Virus record (IMG/VR): IMGVR_UViG_2609459774_000007
Span: 1 to 27,985 of that record
DNA from: a virus
Taxonomy: Duplodnaviria; Heunggongvirae; Uroviricota; Caudoviricetes
DNA: 27,985 bases
Direction: 5' to 3' (one strand)
Part shown: piece by piece, positions 17,772-27,502 of the stretch
How the letters are laid out: every line of letters starts with the position of its first letter
Numbering within the stretch: the first letter of the stretch is position 1
Notes under the pieces: generated by a model
Databases searched by the model: none
Seen by the model: only the letters and a program-made list of their open reading frames with translations
What the model was told of the DNA's origin: nothing
Translations under genes and position numbers: made by a program

Positions 17772-18879
17772 TCATGGTTTTATATAGCCTAAATAAACCA
17801 AGAAGTATACTTACACAACGACCTTCACGCCGAAGAAGCTGTCAGATACGCCAGCAACCAAAGCATTACGTTTAAGTGTCAGTCATTGATACGAAGGGAT
17901 AACTGCGTATCAGCAGCCGGACATTGAGTCGAATAAAGGCTGGTAGAGAGGGACAGTTCTGTGTCATCGGGAGATTCGTCAGAAACATCAGCGGCAGAAC
18001 AGATGAACCAGCAATTGGTAGTGCACAGAAAACTCTCCAGTATTTAATTATTCAACTTAACACTAAAAAAAATCACATAGTTAATATCATAATTTTTCTT
18101 TGGTCTACGTATGCGAGAGATATTGTGGCTTTAACCGGGTATTAGGAGTCGTTTCAGATAAAAGATGTTCTTCGATTCGACTGGACTTGGTAATAGCAAT
18201 AAGTAATCGTTAATATTGAAGGACGAAAGGCTACTTCAAAACAAAGTAACCTTTCCAATATTCCCATCTATGGGACAAGTGGTACATTAACTGCACATAG
18301 TGCAGGATACATATGACATAAAACTTTTTATTTATGGCATACATTATAAATAACTTGTATTTTATGAATGTCAATAGGTTCTTGTTTAATACTTTTAAAA
18401 TTATTAATTGATTGTTTTTATTATAGCTTCGCTTGTACAAGCGAAGATCCTATTGTTCTTGAATGAATAATGCCAATTATAAGAGAAGCAAGGGCTAACT
18501 CTGCGAAGCCGCTGCGCTTGCTTCTTCGAGTTCCCCTTGCTTTTCTGCCCTTCGGTTATAAAAGAAGCCAAACTGCTACCAACCTTGAATCTCTATATTT
18601 TTGAATAGACAAACATTACCCGCTCCCTTAATCACCACTATCAAAAATAAAAAATCATCTTACAAATAACCCCATACACATCATTTTAGATTGCGACCTT
18701 ATTAAATTAAAAATTCAACCTTAGATGGAATTTAATGTACAAGGAATGTCCTACTGTAACGGAGAATTTTAAACATTAAAAATTACAACTATGGTTTGTC
18801 ATAGCCTGTACATCTATTCACCTCATGCATATGCACTAAGAAAGCTTTTTTGAATACTGGAGTTGTCCCTGCTAAAACG

Positions 18880-19210
18880 GACACGGCTAATTAACTGCTA
18901 ATATGGCATCACGATATTCGCGTGGCGATTTCATGTTCAACCCCTTGTGTGGATGCAGATTATTATAATCCTCTATCTATTCTGCCATTGTTTCCATCAT
19001 TTAGACTGCATCCAGCAGATCATCTACGTACACATAATCCCGCTTGAACGTCTTTACAAACGATTCTGCCATGCCGTTACTTCCCGGACTGCGTACTGGT
19101 GTAGTACACACGATGAACCACAGTGAACTAGCGAATGTGCGCGTGGCATCGGCTGTGCAGCAATTATGCCAATGACACTGGCTCCATTGACGGCAATGAC
19201 CTGACATCTA
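18880..19210 (-). pseudogene. IS3-family (IS2-like) transposase 3' fragment, frameshifted remnant
   Basis: Two frames on the minus strand give ...RSPGSNGMAESFVKTFKRDY... and ...HPHKGLNMKSPREYRDA..., matching the C-terminal region of IS2 InsD-type transposases ([20 protein letters not shown] ... [14 protein letters not shown]); no intact ORF. Confidence 0.6.
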
Positions 19211-19367
19211 CAATCCCGCTACAAAGCATTTACTCCATGAGTCATTGCACTTGCTGAGCTACACGAACACACTAAAACCAGATAATAATTAATCGCTGTA
19301 TAAGCTCGTAACAAGCGGAACTTTAAGGCAAAATAGGGCCATCTTCCCCCTTCATAAGGTTACGCTA

Positions 19368-20915
19368 ATGGCCAGAAAACCTAAAGAAATCAAAACAGAC
19401 CCGTTAGAGGTCATCCTGTGGAAAGCGGCAGACAAACTGCGTAAAAACATTGATGCAGCCGAGTACAAGCACGTCGTACTAGGCCTCATTTTCCTTAAGT
19501 ACATTTCTGATTCTTTTGAATCTCATTATGAGTTGCTGAAAGCCGGTAAAGGCGAGTTCGCAGGTGCTGATCCGGAAGACAAAGACGAGTACACCGCTTA
19601 CAACGTTTTCTTTGTCCCTGAGCTTGCACGTTGGAACTATCTGATTTCTAAGGCCAAGCTTCCTGAAATCGGTAAGATGGTTGATGATGCGATGGAGCTT
19701 ATCGAAGCGGGCAATCCACAGTTAAAAGGTGTGTTGCCGAAAGTCTATGCCCGACAAAACCTCGACGCCACTGTTCTGGGTGAGCTGATAGATCTGATTG
19801 GCAACATTGCACTAGGAGATGCCAAAGCACGCTCTGCTGACGTTTTAGGTCACGTATTCGAATACTTCCTAGGTGAATTTGCACTGGCAGAAGGCAAACA
19901 AGGCGGCCAGTTCTATACGCCAAAATCTATTGTAAGCCTGCTGGTTAACATGCTGGAACCCTATAAAGGCCGTGTCTTTGATCCCTGCTGTGGTTCTGGT
20001 GGTATGTTCGTTCAGTCAGAAAAATTTGTAGAAGCACATCAGGGAAATATTGACGATATTTCGATCTATGGGCAGGAGTCCAACCAGACCACTTGGCGTC
20101 TGGCAAAAATGAACCTGGCAATTCGTGGGATTAATTCTGAACACGTTCGCTGGAATAATGAAGGTTCATTTCTTAACGATGCTCACAAAGATTTGAAATC
20201 TGATTTTATCATAGCTAACCCACCGTTTAACGTTTCCGACTGGTCTGGTGAGCAGCTTCGTGGTGATGCCCGCTGGCAATATGGCATTCCACCTGCTGGC
20301 AACGCTAACTTTGCATGGATGCAACATTTTTTGTATCACTTGTCTCCTAAAGGGCAAGCGGGTGTTGTTCTGGCAAAAGGGGCATTAACTTCTAAAAGCT
20401 CTGGTGAAGGTGATATTCGTGCTGCACTGGTAAAAGATGCCAATGTGATTGACTGTATCGTCAACTTACCGGCAAAGCTGTTCCTGAATACTCAGATCCC
20501 TGCTGCATTATGGTTTATGCGCCGTGACCGTCATAACAGCAACCAGTATCGTGATCGTAGTAAAGAAATTCTGTTTATTGATGCCCGTAATCTCGGTCAT
20601 TTAATTAATCGTCGTACCAAAGTACTTTCTGACGACGATATAAAAACCATCGCTGATACCTATCATAACTGGCGTAACAAAGGTGGCGACTACGAAGACG
20701 TCGCTGGTTTCTGTGCGTCAGTAGACATTGCTGAAGTTGCTAAACTCGATTATGTGCTGACACCTGGCCGTTATGTTGGTCTTGCTGATGAAGAAGACGA
20801 TTTCGACTTTAAAGAACGCTTTACGGCTCTTAAAGCTGAGTTTGAAGCGCAACTGGAAGAAGAGGCGCGTCTGAACAGAGCCATCGTTGATAATCTGGCG
20901 AAGGTGGTTTTATGA
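19368..20915 (+). CDS. hsdM: type I restriction-modification system, DNA methyltransferase subunit
   Basis: 515-aa ORF with an HsdM-type N-terminus and the N6-adenine methyltransferase catalytic motif NPPF (IIANPPFN); start overlaps nothing upstream and its stop overlaps the hsdS start by 4 nt. Confidence 0.92.
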   Translation: MARKPKEIKTDPLEVILWKAADKLRKNIDAAEYKHVVLGLIFLKYISDSFESHYELLKAGKGEFAGADPEDKDEYTAYNVFFVPELARWNYLISKAKLPEIGKMVDDAMELIEAGNPQLKGVLPKVYARQNLDATVLGELIDLIGNIALGDAKARSADVLGHVFEYFLGEFALAEGKQGGQFYTPKSIVSLLVNMLEPYKGRVFDPCCGSGGMFVQSEKFVEAHQGNIDDISIYGQESNQTTWRLAKMNLAIRGINSEHVRWNNEGSFLNDAHKDLKSDFIIANPPFNVSDWSGEQLRGDARWQYGIPPAGNANFAWMQHFLYHLSPKGQAGVVLAKGALTSKSSGEGDIRAALVKDANVIDCIVNLPAKLFLNTQIPAALWFMRRDRHNSNQYRDRSKEILFIDARNLGHLINRRTKVLSDDDIKTIADTYHNWRNKGGDYEDVAGFCASVDIAEVAKLDYVLTPGRYVGLADEEDDFDFKERFTALKAEFEAQLEEEARLNRAIVDNLAKVVL

Positions 20916-22105
20916 GTAGGTGGAGAAATTTTTGTATAACTGAATTAGCAGATTTTTGCAACGCACAAAGAATTCCTTTGAGTGCTATGGAACGAGCCCA
21001 TAAGAAAGGAAATTTTCCATATTATGGAGCGTCAGGAATTGTCGATTATATCGACAATTATATTTTTGATGGCAGCTACATCCTTATTTCTGAAGATGGA
21101 GAAAACTTAAAGTCCAGAAAAACACCTATAGCATTTGAAGCTACTGGAAAATTTTGGGTTAATAATCACGCTCATGTCCTTAAAGCTAAAAAGCCCCATT
21201 TAACGGCATTGATAATCCAATATTTTTCACAACTTGATCTATCTCCTTATTTAACAGGTGCTGCTCAACCAAAATTAAATAAAGCATCGCTAAATTTGAT
21301 TCCTCTTTACTTACCAATTGATGAATCTGAACAAAAAGCCATCGCCTCTATTTTGTCCTCTCTTAAAGACAAAATAGACCTGCTTCATCGCCAGAATAAA
21401 ACTCTGGAATCCATGGCAGAAACCCTATTTAGACAGTGGTTTATTGAAGAGACGCATGCGGATTGGGAAATAACGACTCTTGATTGTCATATTACAGTAG
21501 CTAAGGGATTAAGCTACAAGGGAGCCGGCCTTACCACGTCAGATAACGGCATTCCACTTTTTAGTTTGAACTCAGTACTTGAGGGCGGTGGTTATAAGAG
21601 TGCAGGTATAAAATACTACAATGGTGATTTTAAAGAAAGGCATATTATAAAGCCTGGGGATATCATTGTAGCCAATACAGAACAGGGCCATGAATATCGA
21701 CTCATAGGGTATCCTGCTATAATTCCAAAAACAGAAAGCGAATTATCCATATATACGCATCATTTATTTAAAATCAGCATCAATGACGATAGTTACTTAA
21801 CCAATGCTTTTCTGTACTATTTACTTTGCTCCAAAGATATGCATGAGCAAGTTGTTGCTGCAACTAACGGTTCAACTGTAAATCAGCTGTCGGCTGACGG
21901 ATTACAACGCCCAGAATTCAAACTCCCCCCGGAGTGTATGGTGAAAGAATTCACTACACAGATTGATTTCTTCTGGAAAAAAATAAGTATTAACAACTCA
22001 CAAATTAAAAACATAGAATCTCTGCGCGACACTCTCCTTCCCAAACTGATGAGCGGCGAAGTACGGGTTCAGTATGCGGAAGAAGCAATCGCATCAGTAG
22101 CATAA
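20912..22105 (+). CDS. hsdS: type I restriction-modification system, specificity subunit
   Basis: 397-aa ORF with a two-target-recognition-domain architecture and the typical HsdS N-terminal pattern ([14 protein letters not shown]); translationally coupled to hsdM. Confidence 0.85.
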   Translation: MSRWRNFCITELADFCNAQRIPLSAMERAHKKGNFPYYGASGIVDYIDNYIFDGSYILISEDGENLKSRKTPIAFEATGKFWVNNHAHVLKAKKPHLTALIIQYFSQLDLSPYLTGAAQPKLNKASLNLIPLYLPIDESEQKAIASILSSLKDKIDLLHRQNKTLESMAETLFRQWFIEETHADWEITTLDCHITVAKGLSYKGAGLTTSDNGIPLFSLNSVLEGGGYKSAGIKYYNGDFKERHIIKPGDIIVANTEQGHEYRLIGYPAIIPKTESELSIYTHHLFKISINDDSYLTNAFLYYLLCSKDMHEQVVAATNGSTVNQLSADGLQRPEFKLPPECMVKEFTTQIDFFWKKISINNSQIKNIESLRDTLLPKLMSGEVRVQYAEEAIASVA

Positions 22106-22163
22106 AATAATTATGCGGGTGTACAGCCCGCTCTCTGGTTAAGCGGCAATAAGGACAGTACGC

Positions 22164-25100
22164 ATGGCAAAGATGACCGAATCCGATATTGAAGTAATGG
22201 CAATTGAGCACCTGCAAGGGCTGGGCTATGAGTATGTTTACGGCCCGGACATTGAACCCAGTGGAATCAATCCGTTACGTAGCTATCAGCAGGTTATCCT
22301 TGAAGATAAAGTGCGTACAGCATTGCAACGAATTAACCCGCACCTTAGTGAGCAGAAGTGTGAAGAAGCTCTAAAACAGGTGATGCAGATCAGCTCACCT
22401 GACCTAATGGCAAACAATCTAACCTTTCATCGCCTTTTGACCGAAGGAATCAATATCGAAGTCAGCAAGGATGGTAATACACAAGGAGAACTGGCCAGCC
22501 TGATCGACTTTAACGATCCCACTAATAATGCATTTCTGGTCATTAATCAGCTCACCATCAAAGAAGGCAACCATACCCGCCGACCTGATCTTATTTTATT
22601 CATCAATGGCCTGCCATTAGTCGTTATCGAACTTAAAAATGCCGCTGACGAAAATGCAACGGTAACAGGTGCCTATAATCAGATTAAAACCTATCAGAAC
22701 CAAATCCCCGGTCTGTTTAACTACAATGCTTTTAATGTGATATCTGACGGGCTGGAAGCCAAAGCGGGGACGGTTTCTGCCGATTTCAGTCGTTATATGA
22801 CGTGGAAAACTGCTAACGGTAAAACGCAAGCCACCAGTACCCAACCACAGCTTGAAGTTTTATTACAGGGGTTGCTTAATCCTGTAACGCTGCTGGATAT
22901 AATCCGCCACTTTATCGTGTTTGAGGCCAGCAAACATGAAGACAGCAAAGGGATTATCAGTATCCGTACTGTTAAAAAAATGGCGGCTTATCACCAGTAC
23001 TACGCGGTCAATGCAGCAGTTCTTTCCACTATTCGTGCCTCAGCGGTGAATGCGGACTCCCCCTCTGCCGAAGTGGCACTGCGCCAGCAGGGACGTAACA
23101 GTAAAGATCTTGTTAATGCGCAAAAAACCGGAGATCGCAAAGCGGGCGTAGTCTGGCATACTCAGGGTTCCGGTAAATCGCTTTCGATGGTGTTTTATAC
23201 CGGGAAAATTGTGCTGGCGCTGGATAATCCGACAGTTGTTGTGATTACTGACCGTAACGACTTAGATGATCAGCTATTCGGTACGTTCTCTTCCGCGACC
23301 CAGCTACTTCGTCAGACACCAAAACAGGCCAACAACCGGGAAGAACTCAAAGAATATTTGCGTGTCGCCTCTGGCGGTGTGGTGTTTACTACTATTCAAA
23401 AATTCCAGCCTGATGATGGCAGCAATATCTATGAGTTGTTGTCAGACAGAACCAATATTGTCGTTATCGCTGATGAAGCACACCGTTCCCAGTACGGTTT
23501 CAGCGCCAAAGAAGTTGACGTGAAAGACAGCGAAGGCAACGTAACAGGTAAACGCACCGTTTACGGCTTTGCCAAATATATGCGTGATGCCTTACCTAAT
23601 GCGACCTATCTCGGCTTTACCGGAACCCCCATAGAAAAAACGGACGTCAACACGCCTGCTGTTTTTGGTAACTATGTTGATATCTACGATATCTCGCAGG
23701 CCGTTGAAGATGGTGCAACAGTTCGTATCTTTTATGAAAGCCGTCTTGCCAAAATTGCCATCAGTGATGAAGGTCGTCAGCTTATTGAAGACTTTGATGA
23801 TGAGTTTAACGAGGACGAACTGACGCTCACGCAAAAAGAACGTTCTAAATGGGCCAGAATCGAAGGTTTGATTGGCAGTTCAAAACGTATTAAAGCGATT
23901 GCGGCGGATATGGTTCTGCACTTTGAGCAGCGCTTAAAATCCAATGCCGATCATGGTAAGGGCATGATTGTTACCATGTCCCGCCGTATTGCTGCTGAAC
24001 TATATAAAGAAATCATAGCCTTAAAACCTGAATGGCACAGCGATGATTTAAATGACGGTATAATAAAAGTCGTCATGACCTCTTCTGCTGCTGACGGGCC
24101 AGAAATTGCCAAACACCACACCACAAAAAAAGAACGTCAGGTTCTGGCTAACCGTATGAAGGATGACGACGACAAGCTGAAACTGGTGATAGTGCGTGAT
24201 ATGTGGTTAACCGGCTTCGACGCTCCCAGCATGCATACGCTGTATATCGACAAACCAATGAAAGGCCACAACCTTATGCAGGCAATTGCCCGTGTGAACC
24301 GTGTGTATAAAGATAAGATAGGCGGTCTGGTTGTTGACTATCTGGGCATTGCCTCTGATTTAAAAGAAGCCCTCTCCTTTTACTCTGATGCAGGTGGACG
24401 TGGAGATCCTGCTGAGGTTCAGGAAGAAGCCGTAACGCTCATGCAGGAAAAGCTGGAAATCCTGGAAGGCATGATGCATGGATACGATTACAAAGCTTAC
24501 TTTGCCGCAACTACCTCACAACGCCTGACAATTATTCTTGAATCAGAAAACCATATTTTAGGGCTGGATAACGGTAAAGGTAAAATGCGTTTCCTCGCTG
24601 CGGTTGCAGCCTTATCGCAGGCATTTGCATTGGCGACACCGCACGATAAAGCAATGGAAGCGGCACCCGAAGTAGCATTCTTCCAGGCAGTAAAAGCCAG
24701 ACTGAATAAATTTACTGAAAACTCAGACGGATCAGAAGAAGAACACAATGACAGTCTCGAAGTTCGGGTAAAACAGACTATCGATCAGGCTCTGGTTACC
24801 GATAAAGTTGTTGATATTTTTGACGCTGCTGGGATACAAAAACCTGATATTTCCGTTCTTTCTGAAGAATTCCTTCAGGAAATGAAGGATTACCAACACA
24901 GAAATATTGCTTTGGAAACGCTTAAAAAACTGCTTTCTGACGAGATCAAGGTTCGCTCGAATCAAAGTATCACCCAAGGCAAAAAACTGATTGATATGCT
25001 GACCTCTGCAATCAATGGCTACCAGAACAAGGTACTGACCGCAGCGGAGGTAATTGATGAGCTAATCAAGCTTGCCAAGACTATCCAGGAATCTGACAGC

Positions 25101-25403
25101 CTTGCCAGCCAGTTAAACCTCAGCGCTTATGAATATGCCTTCTATTCTGCTGTTGCAGATAACGACAGTGCTCGCGAGTTAATGGAAAAGGAAAAACTAC
25201 GAGAACTGGCAGTCGTACTTACGGAGGCTATCCGCAACAATGTCAGTCTTGACTGGACAGTGAAAGAAGCAGCAAGAGCAAAAATTCGCGTGGTGGTAAA
25301 ACGTCTGCTCAAAAAATATGGTTATCCGCCTGATATGTCATTGCTCGCCACAGAGACTGTTTTGAAGCAGGCTGAACTTTTAGCTGGAGAATTAGGAAAA
25401 TGA
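22164..25403 (+). CDS. hsdR: type I restriction-modification system, restriction (helicase/endonuclease) subunit
   Basis: 1079-aa ORF with an N-terminal nuclease region and SF2 helicase motifs including DEAH (VVIADEAHRSQ); RBS AAGGA upstream. Confidence 0.92.
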   Translation: MAKMTESDIEVMAIEHLQGLGYEYVYGPDIEPSGINPLRSYQQVILEDKVRTALQRINPHLSEQKCEEALKQVMQISSPDLMANNLTFHRLLTEGINIEVSKDGNTQGELASLIDFNDPTNNAFLVINQLTIKEGNHTRRPDLILFINGLPLVVIELKNAADENATVTGAYNQIKTYQNQIPGLFNYNAFNVISDGLEAKAGTVSADFSRYMTWKTANGKTQATSTQPQLEVLLQGLLNPVTLLDIIRHFIVFEASKHEDSKGIISIRTVKKMAAYHQYYAVNAAVLSTIRASAVNADSPSAEVALRQQGRNSKDLVNAQKTGDRKAGVVWHTQGSGKSLSMVFYTGKIVLALDNPTVVVITDRNDLDDQLFGTFSSATQLLRQTPKQANNREELKEYLRVASGGVVFTTIQKFQPDDGSNIYELLSDRTNIVVIADEAHRSQYGFSAKEVDVKDSEGNVTGKRTVYGFAKYMRDALPNATYLGFTGTPIEKTDVNTPAVFGNYVDIYDISQAVEDGATVRIFYESRLAKIAISDEGRQLIEDFDDEFNEDELTLTQKERSKWARIEGLIGSSKRIKAIAADMVLHFEQRLKSNADHGKGMIVTMSRRIAAELYKEIIALKPEWHSDDLNDGIIKVVMTSSAADGPEIAKHHTTKKERQVLANRMKDDDDKLKLVIVRDMWLTGFDAPSMHTLYIDKPMKGHNLMQAIARVNRVYKDKIGGLVVDYLGIASDLKEALSFYSDAGGRGDPAEVQEEAVTLMQEKLEILEGMMHGYDYKAYFAATTSQRLTIILESENHILGLDNGKGKMRFLAAVAALSQAFALATPHDKAMEAAPEVAFFQAVKARLNKFTENSDGSEEEHNDSLEVRVKQTIDQALVTDKVVDIFDAAGIQKPDISVLSEEFLQEMKDYQHRNIALETLKKLLSDEIKVRSNQSITQGKKLIDMLTSAINGYQNKVLTAAEVIDELIKLAKTIQESDSLASQLNLSAYEYAFYSAVADNDSARELMEKEKLRELAVVLTEAIRNNVSLDWTVKEAARAKIRVVVKRLLKKYGYPPDMSLLATETVLKQAELLAGELGK

Positions 25404-25448
25404 TTCCCTAAATTTTTAGCATATAAACTATTTGGTAATGGTCCCAAC

Positions 25449-25826
25449 TTATTGATAGTGTTTTATGTTCAGATAATGCCCGATTACTTTGTCATGCAGC
25501 TCCACCGATTTTGAGAACGACAGCGACTTCCGTCCCAGCCGTGCCAGATGCTGCCTCAGATTCAGGTTATGCCGCTCAATTCGCTGCGTATATCGCTTGC
25601 TGATTACATGCAGCTTTCCCTTCAGGCGGGATTCATACAGCGGCCAGCCATCCGTCATCCATATCACCACGTCAAAGGGTGACAGCAGGCTCATAAGACG
25701 CTCCAGCGTCGCTATAGTGCGTTCACCGAATACGTGCGCAACAACCGTCTTCCAGAGCCTGTCATACGCGTAAAACAGCCAGCGCTGCCGCGATTTAGCC
25801 CCGACGTAGCCCCACTGTTCGTCCAT
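25449..25826 (-). CDS. insB: IS1 InsB' transposase frame (expressed as an InsAB' fusion by -1 frameshifting)
   Basis: 125-aa ORF from the first Met matches the C-terminal ~125 aa of InsB ([23 protein letters not shown]...HYLNIKHYQ); the frame extends further upstream, overlapping insA. Confidence 0.8.
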   Translation of the reverse strand: MDEQWGYVGAKSRQRWLFYAYDRLWKTVVAHVFGERTIATLERLMSLLSPFDVVIWMTDGWPLYESRLKGKLHVISKRYTQRIERHNLNLRQHLARLGRKSLSFSKSVELHDKVIGHYLNIKHYQ

Positions 25827-26113
25827 TTCCGCGCAGACGATGATGTCACTGCCCGGCTGTATGCGCGAGGTTGCCGACTGCGGCCTGAGTTTTTTAAGTG
25901 ACGTAAAATCGTGTTGAGGCCAACGCCATTCATGGCCATATCAATGATTTTCTGGTGCGTACCGGGTTGAGAAGCGGTGTAAGTGAACTGCAGTTGCCAT
26001 GTTTTACGGCAGTGAGAGCAGAGATAGCGCTGATGTCCGGCAGTACTTTTACCGTTACGCACCACCCCGTCAGTAGCTGAACAGGAGGGACAGCTGATAT
26101 AAACAGAAGCCAC
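25712..26113 (-). CDS. insA: IS1 InsA, variant (11-aa in-frame deletion; stop codon lost, extended to 133 aa)
   Basis: The first 65 aa match InsA, then the segment CRATARIMGVG is missing (MNGVG|LNTI), and the canonical TAA after ...GRSR reads CAA so the frame runs on to 133 aa. The frameshift motif TTAAAAAAC is retained. Confidence 0.8.
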   Translation of the reverse strand: MASVYISCPSCSATDGVVRNGKSTAGHQRYLCSHCRKTWQLQFTYTASQPGTHQKIIDMAMNGVGLNTILRHLKNSGRSRQPRAYSRAVTSSSARKWTNSGATSGLNRGSAGCFTRMTGSGRRLLRTYSVNAL

Positions 26114-26632
26114 TGGAGCACCTCAAAAACATCATCATACACTAAATCAGTAAGTTGGCAGCATCACCCCTTCCTGGCTGTTGAAAAAGACTACGCTGCT
26201 TAAATTTTAAATGAGCATCCTCAAGCCGAATAACTTAAAGGATGCTCTTCAAATTTTAATAAGAATTATCAACAGCAAAAAACCTCATAAAAAACACTAC
26301 TCATTTAATTTCCAAAATTAAGATGAACATTAATAACCACCATTATATTACATGATCTTTTCCATATCCTATAGCATTACTCTCTATAGTATTAATATCT
26401 GAGCCTCTAATTATCTCCTTTATACAGATTAGTTCCAATATGGATAAATATTCTTGTGAAAATGGTTAATCCACATCACATAGGATAACCTTAACGTCCC
26501 TATGTTCCATTAAGTTAAGAATAACCTTAAGCAAACCAAATCAGATACCCCCTAATAAAACAAAAATAAATTTGAATACCGTAAAATCTGGTGTCATTAA
26601 TATCTTGAAAACAACAAAAAAGGAGATAAACA

Positions 26633-27502
26633 ATGATATCAAGAGAAAATAATAAAAATAACCTATTCCGTGTAAAGTCTAAAAATGGTGTCCTTCGTTG
26701 CCTTAAGGCTGGCATGGATATAAATATGTGCAATAGTAAAGGTCAAACTGCTCTTTTTACCTGTAATGTACCTGAAGCTATACAGGCAATGATTGACGCT
26801 GACATTGACATTCACCACTTGGATAATGACGGTAATAATGCATTATTCTATGCTCAAAATGTTGAAACAGTGGAACTTCTTGTCAGCAATGGTATTAATG
26901 TTAACCACCGGAATAAGTCAGGCACCCTTGCGATTCAACATATTGATGTTTCACCAGGGTTAGTAAAATATCTTATCAAAGCAGGACTAGATATCCATAC
27001 CAAAGATAGCTATGGCAATTCCTTTCTTTTCATTCCATTTGAAGGATATGTGTACGATGCACTAATTGAGGCTGGTTGCGACATTAATCATAAAAATATA
27101 AGTGGACAGACAGCATTCGATCACTGGCAGTCAGAAAATAATAGCATAGTTGGTAAATATACGCACTGGGAATCTAAAAACGATAACTACATTCGTTTTC
27201 TTATCCGTAATATTCATCTTAAAGACAGTTCAAAAATTGTATTCACGAACATTACATTTAAATCAATTGAGCTGTTGTCGTTACTTATAAAGCAAAAAAA
27301 TGAATTTGAGATAAGTGATAAGTGCATTATCACACCAACAAATGCCGACGCTAAAAAATTAATTTTACAACTAAAGAAGCTGACAGACATTAGTCATGTT
27401 TGGTTTTACATAAGCAGTACATATCTACTGACGCACTATGCAGGAAGACTGCTAATTAAATTGGATTTGCCCCTATATTTCCAGACATCTGTTATCACTT
27501 AA
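26633..27502 (+). CDS. ankyrin-repeat protein, 3' end interrupted by the IS2 insertion
   Basis: AT-rich ORF with a strong RBS (AAGGAG) and repeated ankyrin-like units (GQTALF...; [11 protein letters not shown]...[15 protein letters not shown]; KSGTLAIQH...; DSYGNSFL...; ISGQTAF). The last ~14 codons (from 27460) are IS2 terminal sequence, so the native C-terminus is lost. Confidence 0.7.

Larger units (their letters stand above)
25434..26168 (-). mobile_element. IS1 insertion sequence, 735-bp variant with an internal 33-bp deletion
   Basis: Both terminal inverted repeats identified (GGTAATG... at 25434 and ...GCATCACC ending 26168, against recalled IS1 ends); 735 bp versus the canonical 768 bp; the 9 bp flanking each end differ (AAACTATTT vs CCTTCCTGG). 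Confidence 0.9.

Noticed and set aside
17924-18440. Small ORFs in the spacer (17924-18145 plus strand, 18231-18440 minus strand)
   Set aside because: Short, no RBS, low-complexity translations in AT-rich DNA; treated as non-coding, although a decayed gene fragment around 17800-18050 cannot be excluded.
19699-24977. Short ORFs inside hsdM and hsdR on either strand (19699-19923, 20166-20357, 22617-22844, 23266-23523, 23592-23834, 24497-24748, 24732-24977) and 22005-22217 across the hsdS/hsdR junction
   Set aside because: All lie within or antisense to the well-supported type I R-M genes.
25489-26142. Plus-strand ORF 25489-25773 and minus-strand ORF 25930-26142 within IS1
   Set aside because: Alternative-frame or antisense ORFs inside IS1; only the insA and insB' frames correspond to known IS1 products.
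26527-26733. 68-aa minus-strand ORF overlapping the ankyrin gene start
   Set aside because: Antisense to the ankyrin gene's RBS and 5' end in AT-rich sequence; no support.
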